Positions 25,766-37,672 of a DNA stretch of 64,000 nt are shown in pieces. The DNA is taken from the NCBI GenBank assembly GCA_965153455.1, contig OZ234493.1:28634213-28698212 (forward strand), given 5' to 3'. Origin of the DNA: Sphagnum compactum (taxonomy: Eukaryota). A model generated the notes under the pieces. It saw only the letters and a list, made by a program, of their open reading frames with translations, was not told where the DNA came from and did no database searches. The stretch's first letter is position 1; every line of letters begins with the position of its first letter. A program made the position numbers and the translations under genes.

Positions 25766-26904
25766 TAGTATATGTAATTGTTTTTTAGTTGTGCGCGCCA
25801 CTTGCAACTAAAAACCGCCTAGTTACATTGGACAAGTTGTAGGCATCCCTAATTGCATACGACAATAGATGTAGGATGAAATCAAAATAAACATACATAG
25901 TTTTATTTATATGCATTGAATATGGTCTATGCAATTATTGTGCAATTATCAAAATTTTAATGGTATAATTGTTGGCCAATATATATAGTCCATTGACTTG
26001 AGACCCATTAACATTGCCACGTGGCATGTTTAAAAATTGAATATATATATATAATTACAATTATAATTATAATTTATGAAAATTCTCATTCATATATTTT
26101 AGCCATTTATCGAATCAATCCCAACATTGCCACATGTTGAAGTATGGAATATGGTCAATGTTGACCACAAATAAATCTGACCATCTTTGTTAGTGGCATT
26201 GGAGGTGCGATGTGACATGTTCAAGGATTTTTTTTCCAAAAATCATGTTTAAATTGCATAGTAAATAATTTAAATTGCGCACTTTCACAAATCATATTTT
26301 ACCACATGTTTTTATTATAGATTATCAAGTATATGAACATTTAAATCCTTTTAAAGAGGGAGGAAATAAATCTCAAACGTTTATCGAAGGATGCAATGAT
26401 GCCATGTCTAATGCTATGTTTGTTTTTTCATTTTAGGGTTAGGGTTTCTAAGCTTTTTATGCCTTATGGTGCCCATGTTATTTTGGTAACACTAATACGT
26501 TTTTAAGGTTTAACGCTTAATCAACATTTCTTTGTTACGTGTCACACATTGGTTCGATATAAAAAGTTTAAGGTTTTATGATATTAACATGTGACGTGCT
26601 AAAATTTAAGGGTTATTTTTAACATTATGTTGATCTTGTTGGTTTAGGGCTATCCAAAGCCAAATAAGAATTAAACATTGGGTTAAGCATAAATTACCAT
26701 GTGTAGATTAGGGTTTAAGGTTTATGTCTTAAAATTATAAAATGCACAAGGACTAAATGCAAAGGAAGTTATATTTTCCAACTTTTTTGCATCCAAAACC
26801 AAGTGTCCATCCACATATATGTGTAGATCATATATTAAGAGACAAAAAGTTTTTGATGTAATATGTGTATAGAGTTTGTGTAGTGAATTCCTCAAAACAA
26901 CACC

Positions 26905-27475
26905 TCATTTAACTTTTTGCATGTATTTTTCTTTCCATATGAAATTGCTACCCATTATGTCTTTTAATTTCAATTGCGATGGGTCATCATTTTTATTTAG
27001 CATTTGAAGTTTGACATTGCCATTGCCTTCCATGATCCCACCAAGTTGCACTTGATACCAACTTTCTCCAACTTGCGTACTATGGTGCATACATCCATAT
27101 CCCCCAACCCTAAATATTGTGCTTGATGTACTAACCCCCTAATTTTCACGATTTAATAATTGAACATGGTCCCATATTTGAAATTGCACATCCACATAAA
27201 TCCAAATTTCAACTTAACATTACAAGACAACAATATAAACAAGTTTTATTTTAACTCTTAAAATTGCATGGGTGGACTCACCACATGCATCAAGATAACA
27301 TACCTATCAAGACATGGTTTAAATCAAGCTCATGATAGGTGTTAAATTAAACCATTCAACCATATTTGCAAGCCATTTTACATTATTACTATTTGATCCA
27401 TTTGTATGCACATGGTTTTTTTGAACACATAATTGATAACTTTTCTTGGCTAACCTTCTTTTAATCCACGCCCTA
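26905..27475 (-). pseudogene. Degenerate fragment resembling the CACTA (En/Spm) TnpA/TNP1-type C-terminal domain
   Basis: Minus-strand reading FQIWDHVQLLNREN*GVSTSSTIFRVGGYGCMHHSTQVGESWYQVQLGGIMEGNGNVKLQMLNKNDDPSQLKLKDIMGSNFIWKEKYMQKVK fits the V.L...G.I...H...G...Y.V.....L....DDP...L.D..G...W pattern. A GTGAGT donor near 27280 and an upstream decayed exon are present. Confidence 0.45.
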
Positions 27476-27779
27476 AAATTAATATGTAAAACTCAAATTT
27501 CAAAAGAATAGGCTACATATTTTTCACCAAAACATAGTTATGTGCCCTTTTGAAAATTGAAGAGGCAATTAAAGTGTCATTAATACAAAAGTGGGGTGCA
27601 CTTCACTATCTTAAATCACTATGGGCCTTTAGAAATGAAATAAATTCATTGCACTTTAGTGATTTCATCTTGCTTAAAATTATTTCACTATAAGGTCAGT
27701 ATGTAAACATCATGTTTCATTACTAGTTGACATAATTCATTATTATAATTTATTATGGTAAATAAATTTATTTTTATGT

Positions 27780-28860
27780 TGTTTTAAATATCTTAAAATA
27801 CTTTATGCTGTATTTTATGTCATTTTAAACTACTTTACCTATTATAATTTGTACCTTAAGTTATTATGTTACTATAAGTTATTATAAATTATTATACCTT
27901 TGATTATACTATAAACTATTATAACTTATTCTATCTTAAGGTATTTTAACTTATTATAATCTTTTATTTTAAATTATTTTAAATTAAATTATTCAACAAA
28001 TCCTAGGTTATACCTTAGGTTATTTTATTTTAAGATAATGTATGTTATTTCATTATACTTTAAGCTATTCAAGGTCATTATATTCTATATTATTAGAATT
28101 ATATCCTTAGGTATAAGTTAATGTATAATAATTAAAATTACCTAAAATAAAATATAAGGATTTAAAGTAAAATAACATATATAAGATTTACATATAATAA
28201 TTTAAAGTGGAATAACTTAAAGTAGACTAATATAAAATAATCCATAATAACATAGAATAACTAAAAATGGCATATGGTAAAATAACCAATAATAACTAAA
28301 AATAACTTGTGATATAATAACTTAGAATCACTAAGAATAATCTTCAACAAAAAAATCTAAAATAACCAAAAATAACTTAGAATAATCAAGAATTGCCTAA
28401 AATACAATAACTAACAATAATTTATGATAAAATAACAAGTAAATACCTTTGGTAAATGACATTCAATAGCTAAGAATAACATGTGAGACAATATCTAAAA
28501 ATATATATTAAATAATCAATAATAACTAAAAACAACTTATGGTAAAATAATATAATTAAAGATAACCTATGATAGAATAATCAACAATAACCTATGATAA
28601 AATACCAAAAAAACCAAAAATAGCCTATGATAAAATATCCAAAAATAATCAATGATAAAATCATTTATAATATTTAATAATAGCCAATGGTAAATTAATT
28701 CAAAATAACCAATAATAATCTAAGAAAAAATAATTTAGAACATAAAACAATAATTTATGATAAAATAACAAAAAAATGCTATGATAATATAACATAGAAT
28801 AACCAACAATAAAATAACCATTAATAGCTTATGGTAAGATAACATTCTATAAATACTTTC
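27780..28860. repeat. AT-rich ~25-bp-unit satellite in foldback arrangement (T-rich arm ~27780-28110, A-rich arm ~28120-28860)
   Basis: AAATAACCAATAATAACTTATGATA-like units. TTATACTTTAAGCTATTC (~28033) is the approximate reverse complement of GAATAACTTAAAGTAGAC (~28210). Confidence 0.7.
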
Positions 28861-29272
28861 CCCTTGGTTTTATTATTTTCTATTTTATTATTTTTTATTT
28901 GTTGTGCTTGTTGGAAAGGTTGGTTTCATATTTCTTATTTCATTGGTGGTTTTCATTTTCTACGATGTTTGCAAAAAACTATTTCTCTGTTGTGTATTTT
29001 TTCTTTTTATTCTATATGGTTGTTTTATAAATTTTGGGGGTTTAAGTTTTCAAATAAAATGTAGTTTTTTCGCCTTCTTTTTCTTCTTGCAATTTTTGTT
29101 ATTTATCTCATTTTTTTATGTTTTTTTTTTCTTTTACAACCTTTTTTTGGGTATTTGTAACTTCTGACAACCTTATTTTTATTTTATTATATTTTTGGGT
29201 TTCTTTTTTTTCTTTTATTTTGGTTTTTCAAATATGTAACTGGATCGATAATACTTATAAGATTTTGTACAG

Positions 29273-29891
29273 GTAGCTACAATAGTTCCTCTAAGCTATG
29301 CTTTAATTTGTGATTGCACATAACCGCATCCCTTGGTTTGATTTATCGTTCGCACGAGAGCCAACAAGCATTTCGATTGTGACACGAACCGTATTCAAAG
29401 ATCAACCTGGATTGCAAGATCTTTTGCGCGGCTCCTGCGTCCTATTCCTTTTGCTCAACATCGAGCATGCTGTGTTTATGAGCAAATCTTGGCAACATTT
29501 ATGTTGATATTTTTGGAAATAATCCAACGACAAAAAACGTTGGATGCAAGATTTACATCGTGGTGGAGATAACGTTGTAATCAAAATGGATGATCTCACG
29601 CATAGCATTTTCTACCAACCGTAGAAAATGATGACGACGAAAAGCAAATGTCCAACATTCTCGCCCATGTTCACCTGGGGGTGGTTGACCATGTCGTCAT
29701 CCATGCATATTTAGAGTCCTGCACAAGAGATCGCTATGACGGACGTTCCATGACATTGTATCACCCCATAAACGTAGAATGGTTTCTCGAACTTGATAGT
29801 CTTGTCCGTAATCCATCTCCGAACGTGTTCGTGACTGTTAAAGCGCATGGTGACATTGATGATGACAATGAATAGATTTGTCATCGTAATG
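29273..29891 (+). pseudogene. Decayed coding exon of unknown family, probably an upstream exon of the TET/JBP-like gene
   Basis: GC- and CpG-rich island bounded by the acceptor TTTTGTACAG (29272) and the donor G|GTAATT (29892). It reads as protein across several stops and frameshifts (..IAHNRIPWFDLSFAREP..WQHLC*YFWK*SNDKKRW..NILAHVHLGVVDHV..). Confidence 0.45.
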
Positions 29892-30622
29892 GTAATTGTT
29901 CATTTTTGTCGCCATTGTGAGAAAAATGCTTGTGATAATTTTGTAGTTAATATTTTTGCGAAGGATTAAATGCGATGCAGATACTCGATGCAAAAATAAT
30001 GAAAGCTCAAAAAATGCTAACTATTCATTGTTGCAAACACTATGAAAGAAATATTTGTAATGGCTTCGCAATTAGTTTTTTTCTGTTTTGCACGCATTAA
30101 GTGTAATTATTTAGTGGAGATACTTGATGCAAGAGTAATCAAAGCTCAAAATACATGCCTTCTTTGTTGAAAAACATGGCAGTACACAACAATTTTTTGC
30201 TTCTCCTTAATTTATTTTTCTTTTGAATTTAAATGAATTCAATTTTGACATTGTTGTGCAATTGATTTTATAAAATTAAAAATATTATCTATTTTCTATG
30301 GTAGTATTTAAATTAGGAAATACACTTTACCATAAGATGGTATCTACTACTAAAAGGCAATAACAAAGAGGTATATTTAATATATTTTAGGTCGAAAATG
30401 AATAAAAAAATCACTATAAATAGTATGCATGAGTGACATGCATTGTAGCTTTATGGTAGGAAATAGCCACAATGGGTTTATAGGCACTATAAATGATGGG
30501 TAATAACCCTAAAATGTTTATAGGCATTACAAATATAAATAATAATCATAAAATGTTTGTAAGCACTATATATGGTAAACATCAATTAAAGGAGGTCTAT
30601 AAGTGATTGAGTTTTTTTTCAG

Positions 30623-31854
30623 GTCTACAAAGGTGCGAAGCATGGTGCCGCCATAACGAAAGAAATCTTTCAAGGTCTAAACGTCCTCCGAAGCTTCAAT
30701 CGACGGAACAAATGCATGCAAAATGATGGCCACCATCTCCCCATTGTGGATCAACATAGAGTGTTCACAAATCTCTTGAAAATCCTCGAGATTCGGATAA
30801 TGTCCCTTGTTTTTTCCTTTGGAGATGAGGTCGGGATGCCCATGCTTATTACCTTACGCACGGAGTTCGGGACACTATGCCCGGCAGCACGAAAATGTCG
30901 GATAATGGAGGCATTTTCCTGGGCTCCCCAATGCTTGGTGAAGCTTAATTTTGTGTTCCTAACAACAATCCGTATCAAATTACGAGGAGTACCTTCACAA
31001 TCGACTTAAATGTTCTCCGGAATCTCAAATGGCGTTATTTGGGCACAGGTTTTATCGTGGCGATCTCATTGTGAACAGGTCGATACTTTGTAACCAGGAT
31101 GGATGCTCATTCAGAAATTTTTATTTTATTTTATTTTTCCCCATGGCGCGTGAAATTCTTTCCTTTTAGGTACCAGCACAGCACGAAAAGAAACGCAGGA
31201 GACAAAAGGACCTGGTCGCAGGAGGAACTGGAACGGTCTGCGGATGCTTAGGCCACAAAATTTGTGCAGACAAATTTGCGTCCCCAGCTTGAGTCGTGGT
31301 TGAGAGAGTTGGACAGCTTTTTCCCTAAGGAATTACCATTTGACACCTGTAGAGTGGGAAGAAATTGTTTCACAACCATGGCGGTCACTGAAAACTACAA
31401 GTCCACACCACATAGTGACAGGGACTTGTGCAATTCTGTGATCTCTTGGTTTTTGGAAGGTGAGTGTTCTTTGTAACTTTTGTTTATTTTAGACACTATG
31501 AGCCTTGTGGAAGGGGAAAAAAAAATGATTGCATACCTTCCTCCTCACATTTCTTCATTGGGAACTCGGTTGGAGTTGGACAGGAGAAATAACGTCAGGA
31601 GGGCAATTTGTGTTATTCTGCTCAAACAAGGGACTGTCATACTCTTCCGGTCTGCATGGCTTCAGCATTGCACCATGCCCATCCGAGGGGAAGGACGGCA
31701 ATTGGGGTGCGCATTGTACCTGCGGAAGCAGACGCTCTCCCGATACACAGCTCGACAAGCAAATCTGTCTCGAATCAATCGAGCTCTAAACGAATTTATG
31801 CGAATAACAAGTTCAAAGGATAATAGTCACTACAAGACACTAGTTGAAACATGA
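30623..31854 (+). pseudogene. TET/JBP-family Fe(II)-dependent nucleic-acid dioxygenase-like gene, disrupted. Exons ~30623-31048, 31170-31459, 31584-31854.
   Basis: Phase-consistent GT-AG introns 31049-31169 and 31460-31583. Reconstructed core: MALFGHR|YQ...CFTTMAVTENYKSTPHSDRDLCNSVISWFLEG|EITSGGQFV(fs)KQGTVILFRSAWLQHCTMPIRGEGRQLGCALYLRK. HxD at 31411-31419 and distal His at 31666. Lesions: frameshift near 30960, TAG at 31249, frameshift or deletion near 31615. Confidence 0.8.
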
Positions 31855-31915
31855 TAATAGATTAATAAAACACAAATTTCTACTTTTAATTTTTTTTCAT
31901 TTTTATTATTATATT

Positions 31916-32130
31916 ATGGGTTCTTTTAAAATTTATAAACGATGTTACAAGATGATAGCTACAACATGACAGTAAGTAGACAAAAAATAGTCCCTATCTT
32001 TAAGTTTTCTTCATTTTTTTTGTTATTTTATGGGTTTTTATAAAGTTTATAAATGATGTTACAAGATGATAGTTACAACATGACGATAATCAAACAAAAA
32101 AAATCCCTACCTTTAAGTTTTTTCTATTTT
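31916..32130 (+). repeat. ~114-bp direct duplication just downstream of the TET/JBP-like stop codon
   Basis: ATGGGTT.TT..AAA.TTTATAAA.GATGTTACAAGATGATAG.TACAACATGAC occurs at 31916 and 32030. Confidence 0.85.
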
Positions 32131-32189
32131 TCTAATTAGTCTTTTCCTTGTTAATAATTAAGTTCTTGGATCCCACAATTTTGTAAGAA

Positions 32190-32620
32190 TAATCATTAAT
32201 AGCCTATGATAAAATAACCACCAATAACTTATAATATAATAAGGAGTAATAGTCTATGATATAATAAGCATTAGTAACTTATAATATAATAACAAGTAAT
32301 AGCCTATGATATAATAACCATTAATAACTTATAACATAATAATCACTAATAACCTATAATATAATAAACACCAGCAACTTATAATATAATAACGAGTAAT
32401 AACCTATGATATAATAATCATCAATAACTTATAATATAATAACCATTAATAACCTATACTATAATAATTTATAATATAATAACCAGTAATAACTTATAAT
32501 ATAATAACCAGGAATAACATATGATATAATAACCATTAATAACCTATAATATAACAATCATCAATAAATTATGATAATATGTTTTATAATAACCAATTAT
32601 AAATTATGCTGAAATAATGT
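32190..32620 (+). repeat. 25-bp tandem satellite (consensus ATAATAACCATTAATAACCTATGAT)
   Basis: Unit starts at 32261, 32286, 32311, 32336, 32361, 32386, 32411; related to the A-rich arm at 28120-28860. Confidence 0.9.
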
Positions 32621-35600
32621 TTAAAAAAAACAATGGTATATAATAAAATAGCTTATGGTAAAATACTAGAAAATTATAAAAAAAACCTAAGTTAAAAAAA
32701 ATGTGCATAATAATATGTGATGACAAAAAAATATCATTCATTTAAATAATGATTCAATGGTTAAAAACTTGTTCCTTTACTATGATAAAAGGAGGTGAAG
32801 GGTTTAAAGTTTCATATTATGCATTTTAGGTTGGTCGGCTAAGTTTTTTGCATAGTTTTGTTAGCTTAGTGAATTTTTCAAAATGTTTAACTTGTGTTCG
32901 AATTAAGTGTTAATGAATTTATTATTGATGATTTAAATATTATTCAGTTTATTATTATTATTTAATTATTACTAAATTTGATTAACTATTGATGAACTCT
33001 TTTGTCCGTAATGATTTGTTTATTAAAAGATTATCAATTTTCAACATGGTAAATTTATTAAATTTTATTCAAAATGTAATGAAACATAAAATGAACTTGG
33101 ACGTATATTGGTGTAGTGTGTTCACAAAATGTCAAAGGATAGGCGCGATTTTTTTTTCCTTTTAATTTATCACTCATTTAATTCCAAATAAATCCCCATT
33201 CAACACCTTATTATTCATGTGCATTATGAGGTGTTTATTGTTACTTACAAGGTTAAAAAATGAAAGTGAAAAATGTATAATTTACATCTGATTTAAAAAA
33301 ACAATTACATAATTTAAACATAAACACATAATTTTTACACAAAACATTTCACATACAATAATCTTATAATAACCTTTGCACAATAATTTTTTTTTGTTAG
33401 TAATACATCTAACATTAAATGTTCATTGGTGCAAATGTGTTAAAAAAACATGAGACATAAATTGAATTGAATATAACATAAGGAGCTAGACACATGCTAG
33501 TTTCAAATTTAAAAATGAAAAAAATGACAATTTGGTTGTAACACATGTTTAACTCATAGAGCACCTTTTTTATTATATGATAATTATGCTATATACAACA
33601 TGTCCCACCATCATCTTAATAGGTTTCAATATTAATTAATGTATTTACGTAATTTTTTTATAATTCTTATTTTAATCATGATCATTTTAAATTATGGAAA
33701 GGGATGACGAAAATGTAAAACGCATTTGTTTATATGTGAACATTACCATTAAATTATGGCTAAATGATTGTGAGCCCAACAATCCGTTCTTTTACCTTCC
33801 AATAATTATCCCATATTGTTTTTTTTTTAAATTTAAGTTTTTATGTTTAAAATATCATGTGGCATTATATAATTGCACAATTAAAAATATTTTTCTTAAT
33901 TCGATGGTGTGGATGACAAAACATAGATTAACAAAAATTCTCAAATACTTATGTTTAAGTTATCACATGGTACCATTTTATTTGATCATGTTTGTCACAT
34001 GATATTAACAAATAATCAATAAGTTTTGTTATTTATATTTAAAACTTAAATTTGAATCATTGAATGTTGTTTATGAACATGTTGAAAATTATTATAATTA
34101 TGGAAGACATAAGTTGTATTGAATTTTTTAATTGAAATGTGCATAAAATTAATAACATAATTAACATGACTATTCGGGTTATTGAATCATGTGGTCACAT
34201 TTGGCACATGTTTCATAACCCAGGTTTTAACATTATGATGTATATATATAATATTAAAAGTTAAATTAATCAAATAAGTTCAAAAAATACATATGTTTCA
34301 AATTTCAAACCATTTAACAATATTTTTTTCATGCATTAATAATGAAAATAAGGTTTAAGGTTTTAATACCATATAAATTTGGACACATTTCAAATTACAC
34401 AACTCAAATATTTTCATTACACACATGTGATTCAAATTTCAATTATTTGTAAAAAATAAAAAATAATTCATACAAATTTAAATGATTTATGATTTAAATT
34501 TGTTTTATCTAATTTAATTTAAAATTTTAATAATTTTAAAATTATGAAAATTAATATACTTTGTTAAAGAAATGGGACTTAAGTTTGAAATAATTTAATA
34601 TAATCTAAATGTTTGCAAATGCATGTTTTTTAAAAAATTATTCAAATACAAAATTTCTCATACAGTTTATTAGAAAACATATAAAAAATTGAGTTGAACA
34701 TTCAATTAATTTGTGAAAAATGCATCATGACTCAATTATTTACATTGTGTGTATAAGGCATATTTGGACACTATGAAACTTCAACATTAAATATATATAC
34801 AATAATGTTTAAAGTAACCCCATGTGTAATTAAATAAAACAACAATTCAATAGGTTTTTAAAATTATAATGATGATTTAAGAAACATAACATTTAACAAA
34901 AGGTAACAACTTATCAATTGTACAATGTTTCACAAATTGTATAATAATAAAATGTGTTTTCTGAAAAAAAAAATCATTTTCAAATTGGTATGTTAAACAA
35001 ATCGTATTATCAAATTCCATATGTAAATTGCTTAGCTATTTTGTTTAATGTAATTCTTATAATGGTTTTTTGGAATTTTTATCAATAGCCGAAAATGATT
35101 GTCATCCATAAGATGTTAAAAAAAAAGATCATTTAAAAAAAGATTTAATCAAATTTGACTATAGATAGAATATGAAGTACAAATTTTTTAATCATCTTTT
35201 GACCTTTTTTTATTAAACATTAGAGACCAAGTATGAAAATAAGGGAAAAAATTACTTGATTTTTTTTCATTTCTAACAATTGAAACCCTTTAAAATCATT
35301 TCATTGTTGAATTTTAAATTTTAAATCTCTTTTTTTTGACAAAATTTCACGAATAGAAACAATTGATCTTTTGGTAATCAAGAAAAAAAAGTTGACATCA
35401 CGAATGAAAAAGGTTAATCTTTTGGTAGTTCAAACTCCAAAAACAAATTCATCACTTGAACCATTCTCATTGTTTTAAGACGATTTGATTTCAAAGCTTC
35501 AACACGTTTTTCAAAGCTTAGTCATTTATTGATGGCAAATACTAATCCTGAGAATTAAATACAAAGAATGAAAACTAGTTTCAAGCTCTACCAACAAATT

Positions 35601-37228
35601 AAAAAAATTCTAATAGTTAATTTACTTCAAAGCATATTCACACCACAACATTAAACACAACTTTATATGTTAATGTTTAATGTTCATTCCTTTGCACCTA
35701 TAAGCATGAAAAAATCCAGTTAAAAAACTAGGAAACTATTTAAGTCTCTCCAATTAGTCTAATCATTGTTGACAACCATATCACAACTATTAATTCTTTT
35801 TGAAGGTCAGAACATCTTGGCCATATTTAGTACCTAACACAAATTTTTTCACATTTTTAATAGTATAATCTAATATAGAATGTGTGGGGGGTGGAGATGC
35901 TCTAAGTTCAAAGCAACTAAAGGCACCTTAATAAAAGATTTGCTACTTTAGGAAACTCAAAACACCCCCGCACCCCAACAAGCTTTGACTATAACATTAT
36001 GTTTTTGCACCTTGCTTGGTTCTACATAGAATCACGAAACATGATTTTTTTTTTCTCCATGTTTTGTTTTAGAAGATTTTTTTCAAGTATTTTTTTGCAT
36101 ATTTTAGAAAATCACATCGATTTTGAACCTAATGCCTCTCGAGAAAGAATGAAATTTCCTACAATTGACATAATTTTTTATTACTTTGGATAACTAAAAT
36201 GCTAATTTTGAAAGCTTAGAAGGAAAGCTCAAACCAGCCAAATCCTATGATAGAATCACACCGCTCTATGCAAGACTAAGCACTTGTCTATGAAGAAGTG
36301 CAACAAGCATAGTTAGTTAGGGTTGTTTAGCCCTTGCTTTGCCACCAAGGTAGACTTTGTTGAGCTTCTTCCAATAAAAGACAATACACTAACACCAACT
36401 AGATGCACATCTGAATTGGCAAATTGCCGAGGGAAACAGATTGTGAAATGCTTGTTGTAGTGAAGAAGACTTAACTTACAGTGTGCTTTGAAGAGGTGTC
36501 CATTGGATGGGCTGAAGCTGGCCAGGCTGCTCCCACAAAACTTGAAAACAAAACCCCTTCATACCACTGCAAATATCACCAAGCATCAATGATTGCTCAG
36601 GAATTGGTGTGGAAATACTAGACGAGGACAGATAGATAGACAAGCAACAGATCGGAGAGGAACATCTGCATCATTGCTAATCTCACATAACATTTCCAGA
36701 AACAAAAAACCCTGAAAAACACAACAGCGATGCGTAGCAAAAGGGCCGCCCCCTCGACTCCTCTCCGGTCTCTCTGCTCTCATCGCAATCTTCAAACCAC
36801 CACAACTTCGTCTAAATGGAGAGATACCAGTTCGGTTGTAAGCTTACATTAAACTTCGATTGCACGCGCAAACTTCGGAGAAAGAAATCGTGATCCACAG
36901 TTCGATGACTCGATGCGGAAGCCAGGAACTATCAATGGAACAACGCCCGCGGTGCCAGGAACAACCGAGAGTATAGGTGTGCCACCACGAACGTTCACGA
37001 GCGGAAGGATTACAAACGCGAGAACCTGTTCCTCATGGATGGTTTCATCCACGGAGACATACCTGGAAATGGGTAATCGGGGATCGTTGTTCTATGGCGC
37101 TCTGCGTCCTTTTCCCTCGCTTTGTGTGTTTTCAAACGTTCTCGTCTCCGCAGTGTTGTATGTTCTGCTGCGTTGCAGAGAGAGAGAGAGAGGAGAGGAC
37201 AAGCTCCTCTCAAAAGAGAACTTGCAAA

Positions 37229-37480
37229 TGTGTTGATTTTTCTTCTTGAAGAGCGTGAGGTTTGTTTTCAGTTCGATGATCGGGTGTTCTGCATAGCAGA
37301 GGAGACGATGTGTTGAATTTTCTTCAAGAACTTGAGGTTTGTTTTCAGTCAGATGATCGCGTGTTTTGCTTTGCAGACAGAGGAGACGACAAGCTCTTTC
37401 TGAAGAGACATTTTTTGAGATTTTTTTTCTTCGAGAATTCGAGGTTTTTTCTCCATCGCATGATGATCCGGTTTTGTCGC
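37229..37480 (+). repeat. ~80-100-bp degenerate tandem repeat x3 in the RFWD3 promoter/5'UTR, followed by (GA)n at ~37523-37565
   Basis: TGTGTTGA.TTTTCTTC..GAA...TGAGGTTTGTTTTCAGT..GATGATCG.GTGTT at 37229 and 37309, with a weaker copy near 37418. Confidence 0.7.
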
Positions 37481-37519
37481 ACTTTAAGAGAGTGCGTGAT
37501 GTGTTGTTGAGAGCTTTGT

Positions 37520-37566
<47 letters not shown>

Positions 37567-37672
37567 GTTATTGTTTGTTTAGGTGTTTCAGATTCTCGTG
37601 TTTTTTTTCTCTGTGTATCTGTTTTCTTTCTGTGAGAAGAAAACCTTGGCATGCTCAAGAGAGTGGTTGAGG

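Noticed and set aside
25421-25807. 128-aa Y/L/T/P-rich ORF
   Set aside because: It is a translation of the (TAGG)n-derived simple repeat, with no protein-like complexity.
28864-29167. Phe-rich ORFs resembling membrane proteins (also 47759-49046)
   Set aside because: They arise from T-rich low-complexity DNA.
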